A stretch of DNA of 64,000 nt from Psilocybe cubensis (taxonomy: Eukaryota): positions 2,356,001 through 2,420,000 of the forward strand of contig CM039004.1 of assembly GCA_017499595.2 (NCBI GenBank), given 5' to 3'. Below the pieces are notes generated by a model. The model saw nothing but the letters and a program-made list of their open reading frames with translations, ran no database searches and was not told the origin of the DNA. The translations under genes were made by a program, and so were the position numbers. This document shows, piece by piece, positions 1 to 11,709 of the stretch; positions within the stretch are counted from its first letter, which is position 1, and the number at the start of each line of letters is the position of its first letter.

Positions 1-3000
1 CCAGTTGCGAAGTCAAAAAGTTCTTCAGCGAATTTTGGAAGTATCGAGCAAAGTTCATTAACCCCCATCGTGATATCAAAGTGGAAATCAAGGATATTCG
101 TGTCCACGATCATTGGTGCGGTTTGCATACTTTGATTGACGTTCATCAGTTCGTATAGCCAACCGTTCTTGATATATGTTGAAGGAGCGAAACTTTTTCC
201 AGGATGGAAGACAGGTATTCCCAAATCGCTAGCATTTTCGGCCTTTGGTGTTTTCTGCGATGACGATGCTTCAGGAAACGCCCCATTTGCGAGAAGCTTT
301 GGTTTCTTTATAACGAGAGGAGGTTGATAGTGTCTTGACCAATCTATCGTTGGGGCTGGACCAAAAACCTTCGGTTGGAGAGTACGATGAAATCCGACGT
401 CTTCCAAATCAACGGTGATATACACTGGTCCAGGTCGCCTTCCCGAGGTAATACCTTGCACGTCAGAGCGGAATGTATAGACTCCTAGTTCTTTAACCCT
501 TTTTTCCTTCATCTTTTTCCTTTGTCTACGAGTCATTTTCTCTACGGGAATGACACGGTTTTCTTGATCAGACTGGTTTTCAAATTCGCCGGACGGACCT
601 TCATCCAGAGGGCTATGTCTTGAAACGTTTGCCTTGGTCTGTTGGTTTGACGATGATTTTGCAGTTTTGAGATGTTTTTTATTATCGACAGGAAAGGATA
701 AGAGCGTCTGTCTCTCGCGACCATATTTGCGAGCGCCTGCAGTGATGATGTCGTGTTTGAACTTTGACGGTTTGCGATGTGACTTGCTCGTCAAACCCCG
801 AGAATTACTCCCTTGACGCACTGAATTGCCAGACCTAGCGAGCATATAATCGATTGCACTTGGATCCCGCAAGCGTTCTGCACCCCCGTGCCTCCGAGGT
901 TTATATCGGCGGCCATTCCCTCCCACTGGTCGAGCTCCATCATCATCAGAGAGGTTGCCATGTGTGAGATCTATGACCGGTGGTGTTTTAGGCCGTTGGT
1001 ATACGAACAAGATGTCGTTGGCGTCAGAGTCTGGCCCTTCCTCAACCTCCGTATCTTTAGTGTCGACGGGAGATTCAGATGAACTGTCAGAATCACTGCT
1101 GATATCGACCTCAACCTCGCTCTCAGAGTCCCCTTTAATTTCACGAATTGGTTTAGGGTTGCTTGTTATCTGCACTCGGGTTTGACCAGGAAGAAGGCTA
1201 TCGGGGTCCACACTACTCCGTCTGTTTTCCTGCTGCCGATTTGCCCGCTTTTGTTTTTGAGGTGCAGTACTTTCTTGGGCCAATTTGTTGATCATAAAAG
1301 CTGGCATCATCTTATGCAGTATGTTTTTCTTCTTCGGCTCAAGATCCAATACGATGTCTGAGCCAGGTAAAGCAGAACGAGATCGCGACCTTGCGTGGCC
1401 TAGCTCAGCAGTAGGGAGCATTGACATGTCTTCTTCCGCGCCAGAGTCGACTGGAGTAACATCTCCGTACGAGTTTCTGCGAATGCTAGCTGGTGGGGGT
1501 GAAGAGAAATGCTGGGGCTCGTGGAAAGCATTGTTATCATCACCTTCAGGCTCTAGATCTGACATATCATAATCGTCTTGAAAGTAGTCATGCAAGGCAG
1601 CTGCATGATGCGGAACAGCAGAACTCTGGCGGTTAGTCGGAAGATTCTATAGGGAATGAACATAAAAAATGCAATGTATATAAGTTATAACCTACCTCCT
1701 TCTCACTTTGTGAGATCGAAGAAGATTTCTTATGCTTGTGTACAAAATTGGTCTTGTTAAGAGGGAATGGTTTGGCCTTTTTTGATTCTTCCAGACGTTT
1801 CCTTTCGCGTTCCTCTCGTTCCCGAGCTTTTTGTTCCTTCTCCATACGTTTCTTATGTCTTCGAGCTTCTCGAGCGGTCTCCAGTATCCCTTCATCTTCC
1901 TCTTCGTCAGAAAGGCCTTGCAGAATCGGTGGATAATGTTTTTGTTGTTCGCTTGTAGATGCTTCTTGGGAGAGTCCCCTCCGGCGTTTGCGTCTATGCA
2001 CCATTTCCTCCCAAAGGTCATCGTCAGCCTGGGTTCCATCGTCAACATACCCGTCTTGCTGTGTCCCCTCATCTTCGTAGCGATTGCTAGGGTCACGATG
2101 AACATGATCCAGAGCTTTGATTTTGACGATAGCTTCCGGAACAGACCGAAGCTGGTGCTTATACATTATGCTTTCAGAAGTGTACGGTTTCAATTGGGCG
2201 GGTTTGCGTTGGCGCAGCGAATACCGAGATTGTTCGGCCAGCGATTGGGCCAATGCAGCAGATTCGGCATCCTGTAGCAGAGGTTTCTCCCTGGGTATCA
2301 TCTGCACAGGTGAGGATGGTGTAGGGCTTGCAGAAATTCTTTGTGCAGGAGAACGAGACAAACTCCTTTCTCGTGCATCACCGATGGGTGATAATGGGTC
2401 TGAAAAATTGAGGTTTGTACGCCGCAGAGGAGAAGAATCATGAGATTTTGTGGAAGACTTGATTGGCGAAAATGATAAATAATCGTCATCTTTATCGTCA
2501 ACTTTCTGAGAATATGACACCAAAACATTGTCTCTAGCGGCCAGCGGGCTACGAGAGGAAAAATCACTGTCCAAAGTACGCTGAGAAGGAGAGATAGGGG
2601 AAGCTCGTAGACGAGGACCTGGAGGGGAATCCACTGGGGTATATGAATTTGTTGCTGTCCCGGGAGAAAGGACACGAGGGCTACCAACAGGTGATACCCG
2701 TTGACGAATTGGTGTGGATACAGTAAGTGGGGTAGGAGAAGCCAAAAGTAAAGGATCTTGTGAGCCTTCAGGAGGCGGTGTAAAGAGATCAAGAAAAGAG
2801 TTATCTTCTTCACTTTTGGTGACATGTAGTACACGACTGTGTCCAGGAGTTCGCGTAGGCGACCGTGACATGAATAATGATCCAGGAGATGTAGGAACAA
2901 ATGTGGTAGTCGAGAACGATGGGGACCTTCTTGGACTAGTGTCCCCAGTCGGCTCTGACTTTGAAGGGGATTTCATCTCGTCGCTGTGGTCATGATGATA

Positions 3001-3213
3001 CTAGAACAAGGGTTAATGACACAATCCCCTCGATAGCAAGTTTAAGCCAACCTTTGGCTTCTTCCTCGGAGGCGGTCCATGATCAGAGTAGTTAGAATAC
3101 GACTCATATCTAATACGCTGTTTAAGATTTAACAGTTCCTTCTTTTTCCTTTCTTCCAGCTCCTGAGCGTATTCTTCGGGGTCAGAGGTTTCGATTACCT
3201 CGTCTATGTCCAT
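1..3213 (-). CDS. Mms22/Mus7-family DNA-repair protein, N-terminal part (runs off the window start)
   Basis: Spliced MDIDEVIETSDPEE... joined to the S/P-rich 447-aa ORF and a further open exon toward position 1. Motifs RYSLRQRKPAQLKPY, HKMMPAFMI and IDYML resemble fungal Mms22 N-termini. GT-AG introns near 3050-3001 and 1695-1649. Confidence 0.7.
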
Positions 3214-3359
3214 CAGTATAGTCAGAACTTCATATGGTGAGACTAGATGGACTGATTCAAAAATACAAAGTCGACGTTGAAAAAAGCAAGATGAAGTCTT
3301 TCTGAACTGCAGAACAAGAGACGGTAATGACTAGCAAAAGTCGAGTCGAGACCAAAAGT

Positions 3360-3495
3360 AAACGACGCGACTTGTCACAAGCGACGTGAATCACGTGAAG
3401 TGTGTTACATGAGTTGTAACACGCGACGCCAATATTGCGACGCTGGATTATGATCAATGCTTTTCCCTGTTTACCCCCCGAAAGTCGCGTGAAAT
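3360..3495. promoter_or_regulatory. Mms22 upstream region with ACGCG (MCB-like) cores and an ATCACGTG E-box
   Basis: ACGCGAC at ~3365 and ~3421, TCGCGT at ~3485, CACGTG at 3392-3397. Confidence 0.4.
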
Positions 3496-3749
3496 TAATA
3501 AGCCTTATGCTGAGATCCTATAAAAAATCTAGATTATGCGTTTTTATCGAATTTCACAGTTTGTGAGAAACTGTTTCACGTTTTAGCATTCAATGTTGAA
3601 TATTCAAGTCTGTCGCGTTGAGTGATATTTATTTCACCACTAGACTGTGGTTCGTCAGTTCAGGTATACTGATATTATATGCACATAACAGAGGTGTCAA
3701 GAATGGTAGATAACAATAAAAATAGGCCATCCTCCCAATAATGGCCTCT

Positions 3750-4549
3750 TCATGCTGTAGTTGGATCAGGTCCGACCAACATGAAAGTTCCTCCAAGGGG
3801 TTGACCAAGTCCGACTGCAGCTGCGAAGGTGCTTATGTTAAAGTTCGCAATGGAGGTTGCTGGTGTGACAAGGGTTTGAGTGTTGAAGGCTTTCGACTGT
3901 TTGAACAGCAAGAAAACATATCTGATTGGAAGGTATGACAAATTGAACCCATCAGTGCTGATCTACAAATAAGAGTTTGCAAGCTCACCGGTGAGGATCC
4001 GAGCCAGCAGGAGGCGTGGGTTGTCGGAATTCGCTAAGAGCTGCAGTAGTGTTGGTTAACAGAAAATGGTCCCTTGGGGTCTCGAAGACAAAGTTTCCTC
4101 CTAAAAAGTGGCGTATTTGTGCAGAAGTGCGTGTTTGAGGGGTGGGAGCGTCGAGGTCCACCGTAGCTACAACAAAAGGGCCTCTCCCAGCGGGCCCGAC
4201 GACACGGAAGACGGGAGGACCAGCAGTTGCTAAGTAAAATATTATAAGCAATATAGGAAGGGAAACTTCATAATCTTCCTCACCGTTCCTCGGAAGTTGA
4301 ATACCAGCATGGAGAGTAATAGGCCGACCAGTCGTCTGAGGGAAGGTAACTTCAAGTAGTACCGTTGGGTCAAACGGCAGGCTCAAGTTGCCAGGAACCT
4401 TTGGACCAATTAAATACGCCCACTATTTCTGGAGATATCAGGCGTACCAGAGCTTCGTCAAACGTCCTTTTGACAACGGCTAAGCTAGTATCCTGAGCAA
4501 AGGCAGATCCTAAGAGTGCAAACGCAAGAAAAGCGGACTGGAGCAACAT
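3750..4549 (-). CDS. Secreted PEBP (phosphatidylethanolamine-binding protein) family protein, copy 1
   Basis: 4 exons splice in frame. Signal peptide MLLQSAFLAFALLGSAFA, motifs VDLDAPTP, QIRHFLGGN, PTPPAGSDPHRYVFLLF. Confidence 0.88.
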
Positions 4550-5881
4550 TGTAAAGCGGTTCTGAAAGTGATCTGTATGTATGAGTAAGCGTCTTTTATA
4601 GCAGTGAATGAGATGATTTACCTCCGAAGAATACTTTATCATACATCATGGCAAAGAAGAAACCTAGACTGTTTTTAGATTTAGTAGTACCATAGACCCC
4701 GCGATTGTACCATATATGTATCAAGAAGATCCCGCCCTTGAGAAAATTGGCAATTTTTATGAAAACAGAGCACATTGCAACAGGATCCGTGAGTGAACCG
4801 GTTTGCTTTATAGAAAAGCCGCACTGCGCTTTGTGTGAAAAGTGGCGCCTCTGACTAGTTCCAAGTGGGCACCAAAAGACCTAATCAGTGACGAAAGAAG
4901 AAAAGGCGTCGTGAATTCGCAAGAAGCATCGCGTATAATGCGACCTAAGTTATCCTTCTTCATGGCGTATTATAGCAAGTTGACGTTGGACTTTCTGGCT
5001 TCGCTCTAATCTGGCCGTAGAGTCCGTTGGTCTACCGTTTTTCACGATATTAGTATTGTTTGGATTCCGATATTCTGTAAGACTGGATATACTTAGGATG
5101 GGTGTAAGCAGTAAGACTGCGAAAGAAGGCAGAGAATGCACGAACGTCATGGTGGTAGTTATGCAGATAGCGCATCAGGCGCGTCATATGCCGTCCCTTT
5201 GCCGTCCGTGGCGGACCGACCCCTTTCTGACGATCCCATCCCGGAAACAAGTTCACAGCTGTCAGCTGTTCTCTAGACTGGCTACCCATGTACTTTCGAT
5301 GTGATCTCAAGAAATTTTCAAGAGATTGTCGGCGTGTGCTATCATTGCGGGGGTGCTGAAAAGTGTTGTTGCAGTGATGCATCATCTGGAACGCGACAGA
5401 TTATTTTATTTCAAAAATGCGGTTTTCTGAACTGCAGAACGAGAGTTGACGATTCGGACTAGCACAGTAATCCATTCTATCACGCAAAGGTCCAGGTTTG
5501 GGCTGGAGAAAAGACGCGACTTGTCACAAACGATTAATACCACGTGTGTCATGTTATGTTGTAACACCGCGACGGTCATTTGTACTTGGTCAATCAGTGC
5601 TCGCCCTCCTTGCCTCGGAAAGTCGTTGAGGCATCAAGCTAGTGTAAAATTCCATGCTACGCATTTGAACCTAATTTCACGGGTCTTTAAACTTGAAAGA
5701 TTCTTTACGTTTTTAGCATTCACATTCGAGTAGCATTTAGTGTACAATGACTATTCCTACAATTCAGTTCAGCACGCTATCATTTATCAATAACTTTATG
5801 CACATCATCATAGCGGAATCAAGAAAAAAAGGTGGAAGTAAAAAATAATAATTATGTTACGTAGTCCCAGCGATGGCCTCT

Positions 5882-6698
5882 TCACTCTATTATGGGATCA
5901 GTGGGATCAGGTGCGACGAACATGAAAGTTCCTCCAAGGGGTCGACCAAGTCCGACCGCATCTGCGAAGGTGCTTATATTAAAACTGATGATAGAGGTTT
6001 CTGGCGTGACAAGGGTTTGAGTTTTGAACGCCTTTGACTGTTTGAATAACAAGAAAACATATCTGAAATGAAAGGAATATTAATAAACCCATCTCCAATG
6101 ATTTTCAGATAAGAACTTGCAAACGCACCGATGTGGATCTGAGTTGGCGGGAGGCGTAGGTCGTTGGAATTCGCTGAGAGCTGGAGTAGTGTTGGTCAAT
6201 AGCAAATGGTCCTTCTGAAAGTGGTCCCTTGAATGCTTGATGAAAAAGTTTCCTCCTAGGAAGTGACGTATTTGTGACAAATTGCGTGTCTGAGGGGTGG
6301 GTGCGTCGAGGTCAACCGTGGCTACAACAAAAGGACCTCTTCCAGCCGGCCCAATGACACGGAAGACGGGAGGGCCAGCAGTTTCTAAACAAAGACATAA
6401 GCTTGATATAAAGAAAATGTATAATTTTCCTCACCATTCCTTGAAAGATGAATTCCGGCTTGAACAGTAACAGACCAGCCAGTCGTTTGAGGAAAGGTAA
6501 CTTCTAGTAGGACTCTGGGGTGGAATGGCATGCTCAAGTTTCCGGTGACCTTCAGTCCACTTAGACATGTCAGAATGTAGGGAAGTAAAATCATACCAGA
6601 TCTTTCTCGAACGCCTTTTTAACGGTGGCCAAGCTGAAATCCTGGGCGAAGACAGAGCTTGCGAGTGTGAAAGCAAAAAAAGCGGACTGGAGCAACAT
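5882..6698 (-). CDS. Secreted PEBP family protein, copy 2
   Basis: Same 4-exon structure and intact frame: MLLQSAFFAFTLASSVFAQD...VDLDAPTPQ...SDPHRYVFLLF...PDPTDPIIE*. Confidence 0.85.
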
Positions 6699-7727
6699 CG
6701 TGAGGCGAGTTCTGAAAGTGCTCTGTATGCATCGGTGAGCGTCTTGCGTCTTTTATAACAGGGGGATTGATCTCACCTTGAAAATTCCTTTGGTTTCCTA
6801 CTATCGACATCATGAAAAAGAAGACGCCTTCAACTGTTTTTGGAATTTGGGGTACCATAGACCCGCAATTGCCCCATGCAAGCATCAAGAAGACTCCGCT
6901 CTTGAGAATATTGGCAATTTATATGAGGCCAAAGCACATTGTACCAGGTTTCGTGAGTGAGTCTGTTTGCTTTATGGAAAAGATGTACTGTGTTCTGTGT
7001 GAAATTTGGCTCCTCTCGCTAGCGTTCCAAGTGGTCACCAAAAACTTGATCAATGATGAAAGAAGAGGTGTATCATGGGTTCACTAAATGCATCGCATAT
7101 AATTCAACCTACATTATTTTCTTCAAGGTGCTTCACAAGTGCGGATAGAAAGTCGGGGGTTGAATTGAAATTGTCGACAGCATTGACATTGCCGCCTTTT
7201 GGCTTTAGCTTTGTTTCTACAATCCGTTGGCCTATCAGTTAATTGTATTGGCATAATCGTTTCGGCTGCTTCTGTAAAATCGGATATTTTGGGGTGAAGA
7301 TCAATATAAGGATGAGAAAGAGAAAAATGCACGAACGTCATGGTATTAGCAATGAAAAATGGATTGGCCATCACGTATCATCTCCCCTCCTTCATTGGTC
7401 CGTCATATCAGAGAATAGTTGTCTATTTTCAATTTGATCAAGGTGCTCTCAATAGGATTTGCATCAATTTTGCGTGCCGTATCGTCAATAGATTGATGAA
7501 AAGTGCTGAAATGCATTGCACGAACACCTATGGCTGAGACACGAAAGATAAGTATGTGCTAAAAATTACGTACTAATAGTGTTAGCAATCTCATGCAGCA
7601 TTTCACAGCGCAGTGAGGACTTTTGATATAGGAAGTTACATATCATGATTATCATGATTTTTATGAAACCATTCAGAGGAGTTGCATTGATGTACAGTTT
7701 GGGTGTCCACGGTTTATCATGTGGATT

Positions 7728-8507
7728 TTATGCTGTCGTAGGATCGGGTCCAACCAACATAAATGTTCCCCCAATAGGTTGGCCAAGTCCAACAGCAGCA
7801 GCAAAAGAACTGATATTAAAGTTGAAGATAGGACTTGTGGGAGTGATGAGGGTCTGATCGTTAAAAGTTTTCGATTGTTCAAAGAGCAAGAAAACATATC
7901 TACAGAAAATTTAGATGCTTGATCATGTGCAGTGGTAAAACATACCGATGAGGATCCGATCCCGCAGGAGGAGTAGGCTGCCTGAATTCGGAGACGGCGG
8001 GTGTCCGGTTTGTCAACAAGACAGATTCCTTGGGCGCCTTGTATACGAAGTTTCCACCCAAGAAGTGACGTATCTGAGCTAAGGTTGGTGCTTGTGGTGT
8101 AGGAGGATCTAGATCAACTGTGGCTATAACAAAAGGCCCCTTGCCTGCGGGTCCAACGACACTGAAGAACGGAGGGCCGGCAGTGGCTGATGGACATATG
8201 TAAGACAGTATATGCATGGAGAGTAGAGGCATAGCAACCATTTCTAGGAAGCTGAATCCCGGCATGGAGAGTAATAGGCCGACCGATGTTTTGTGGGAAG
8301 GAGACTTCTAGTAAGACTTTTGGGTGGAATGGAAGGCTTAAGTTTCCAGGAATCTAGTTTCAAGATAAGAGTAATGTCAGCAGAAAATTGGGGAGAAGCA
8401 CGTACATGAGCTTCATCGAAGGCCTTCTTCACAGTGGCCAGGTTTGTGTCTTGAGCGAATATGGATCCAACCAGTGACAAGAGAACGAAAGCTGACTGGT
8501 GCAACAT
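7728..8507 (-). CDS. Secreted PEBP family protein, copy 3
   Basis: MLHQSAFVLLSLVGSIFAQD...VDLDPPTPQ...QIRHFLGGN...SDPHRY...GPDPTTA*, with the same intron positions. Confidence 0.88.
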
Positions 8508-9305
8508 AGTCAAGTCAATGATAGTGGCGCACACCGGACAACGTAGCAATGCTTCTTTATAACGAATAGGCTGATGATATGTTTAGTCCGATAATACCAG
8601 CATTAATTAGCCAGCGGATACGATTTCTGAAAACGGGGTCGTTTTAGAAGTCCGGAAAAAATACTGCTGCAAGTATAATATACCTACACCAAGGAGATAC
8701 CACTCCTGGGGGCGCAATAATTTGCATCGGGTAGAAACAATTTGCACCAGAAGTGTGTGAGTGAATTTGCATAGTTTATAGATAAACCATACTGGTGTTT
8801 GCATGAAACGTGGCACCCTTTGCAGAAGTCCAAGTCATCCATTGAAAAGTCTGATGTCACGAGAACAAGTTTTGGGCCAAAATATCGCATGTACGGCGAC
8901 TTGAGTTAGCGGGATTTGACTCGAAGTTCTACCGAATACAAGTCGGTGAGGCTTGGTTGGTGCCTAGCAATTCGGTGTGACCTCTTAAACTGCGACTTGT
9001 CCATTGAGAAAAGTAGTGCGGGAGTAAGTAATTGTTTGCCAAGTTCTGGAAGCACATAAAACGTTAGATAATGCGAGAACGCAACGACATAAATCACGGT
9101 TACAGTGGGAAACAGAAAGGAGCGCTCTCCGCGTTCTATTGGGTCAACGTGAGAAAAAAAACACGTTGAGATTAGATGACATCAATCCATCCTTACGTAA
9201 TACACATGTAGCCGCATACGCGGGGACGGCGCGGCAGGATGACAACTAACTTTAAGGGCTGCTCACTACTCTAGACTGTGACGAGCACAGGGCTCTCCAC
9301 CATCG

Positions 9306-11046
9306 ATGCTACTGACAATACTGCGATGTCGGTCGCGGCTTGCGCCTCCGTCATGGTGCAGATCGTCTATACACCCGCTGGGGGTGACGAGAACATGTCC
9401 GTTCTCGCAGTTTACTCCGCGTTCTTTTCCTAGAACGAGTTCTCTGCGCCAGGAGCTTGACGTGCAGTCCGCGAAATCTTCTTCAAATACAGCGGAAGGT
9501 GCTTCAGCGCAGGCTGAACCAGGTTTTGGAGCCTCTTTCTACGAGAAAGTGGGCAAGCCGGGCATTGCGAAACAAGTCTTCGTGAGTTGGTCGACCATTT
9601 CTCCGCTTTGTGTTTGGAAACTTATTGGTCCCTTTGATTTTGGTCTAGTTTGCGACTGTAGCATCAACCTTTGCATTAGTTTTTGCGTCTGTTCAAACCA
9701 GTATCGAAACGGACGAATGGATAGAGAGAATGGTAGCCGTGGCTCCCATATGGTCTGTCAAAGCCATCTCCAATACGGACTTGAAGCGGGCACAAAATGC
9801 TGAATTGATTCAAGTATGTCCGGCCTTAATGTTCACATTATGCTCTATACTCACACACAATTATCAGAGACTACGGGAGAAACTAGCAAACATCCAAACC
9901 ACCGTGCAACAACTGCCTGTTCTCATTCGACCGTGGATAAATCTGATTGTCGTTGGAGTCATGCAACCCTACGCAGATGCGTCAGAGGGCAAACGACTAT
10001 GCTGGAAAATCTGTTTGCTAAACGTTGGTGTCTGGGCCCTTTGGAAAGTGCGGAGCTTGAGAGGGTTCATGACCGTGCGCTTCATGCACAACCCACTATC
10101 TGGACTGTCGTACACACTTTTGACGAGTGCTTTCAGGTGCGGGCATCTTCTGTTTGTCCGCGTGCAATGTACACGGTGCTAATATATCTCGTTTTACAGT
10201 CATAGAACGGCTATCCATCTTCTCTGCAATTGTCTGGCCCTCGAAAGCTTTGGTAGATAATTCCTATTTGTAACCTGTATTCAAGGGAACACTCACCAAA
10301 TAACTCCAGGATCGGCTGCTTACTACTACTTGCTGCGTGAGCAGAATAAAGCAGAGCCAGAATTGCTCGAATCCACAGCTTCATACCACTTCCTTGCATT
10401 CTTCACCTCAGGCAAGTTCTTTTCCCCACCCAGCACCTAAACAGCCTTCTCTAAATCACACCACGCAAACAGCCGCCGTATTCTCCGGCCTCGTCTCTCA
10501 CATCGTCAGCGCCAAATTCCGGTACCCACGCCTCGTCGCCGAGCTCTCCTCAACCGCATCCGCCACGCGCAAGACCGAGACCTGGGCCAGCGCCGTCGCC
10601 GCAACGAACGCCGCCGCCGCCTCAGCAGCCAAGAGCACCGCGGCGCGCAAAACCCTCGACATCCTGCCTTCTCTCGGCGCATCTGGCGCGGTCTACGCCG
10701 CTGTAACGATGACCGCGCTCGCGTTCCCCGACTCGCAGATCGCGCTGTTCATCCCGCCCTCGTATCCGATCAACATTCAGTATGGCGTTGGAGGCTTGAT
10801 GCTGTTGGACGTTATTGGCATTGCGCGAGGGTGGAGGTTCGTCCTTTTTCTTACTCGCCAATTTTCTTTTACAATATTAACAAATTTATCTCTCATCTCT
10901 ATAGGCTCTTCGACCACTGGGCACATCTGGGTGGAGCAGCCTTTGGTGTAATATATTACAACTACGGGCCCACAGTTTGGCGATACCTACGACAAATGAA
11001 CCTAGAGGCCAAAATCGAAGAGCAGAACGCTCGGAAACAGAGTTGA
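9306..11046 (+). CDS. Mitochondrial rhomboid serine protease (PARL/Pcp1-like)
   Basis: Arg/Ser-rich presequence, catalytic SLGASGAVY and DHWAHLGGAAFG motifs, multi-exon structure including one GC-AG intron. Confidence 0.88.
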
Positions 11047-11709
11047 TTTCAACAAATGCGAAGCAAAAAAGCAAACGAAACTGATTGGAATCGTGAAATA
11101 TGAATCTAGAGTTTAGACTACACCTTACAACACACGGTTCCGTCACCATCACCATTCCCACCCTCCTCTCCTCCTCCTCCTTGTCTGAGCCGCATTGATC
11201 CTCGAGCCCTTCATAAAGATGCGGCTTTCACTCGCAGTGCACCAACACACACCACACACTTCTCAACCCCAAAACATTATCATCTATCCGTTTTCGTTAT
11301 CAGTACAGGACCACTTTTTCCTTTACACCCCCAGGGACCAACGGTTTTCTTCGTATCACCTTCAAAGTTGGATCTACTCACTCTGTCATGTCATTGGGCT
11401 CTTTTCGCGATCCATAATTTTTACATTGCTTAGTTACATATTAACACCGCTTTTTTTCGCCCCCCATGTACAGATACACATTTACATGATGATGATGATA
11501 CAAATACAATAACAACAACAACGGCCAAAAGGTCCATAGTCCAAAAACTCTGTCTACACGTATACAACCCAAAGAAGAAAACGGTTAGCAAACGTACAAA
11601 TACACTACACTACACAAACAATTATCGATACATTCAAATTAATCAGATCAGTTCGAAACAAAACAACGCCGACACATTACAACAAAGTCCCATCCCATCC
11701 CGTCCCATA

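Larger units (their letters stand above)
3290..7345. repeat. Tandem segmental duplication, period ~2.15 kb (units ~3290-5155 and ~5420-7345)
   Basis: Shared non-coding strings: TCTGAACTGCAGAAC (3301/5426), GACGCGACTTGTCACAA (3364/5513), AATGCACGAACGTCATGGT (5135/7326). Confidence 0.8.

Noticed and set aside
5882-6698. PEBP copy 2 as a pseudogene
   Set aside because: It looks fragmented in the ORF track, but all four exons splice in frame with canonical sites and no premature stop.
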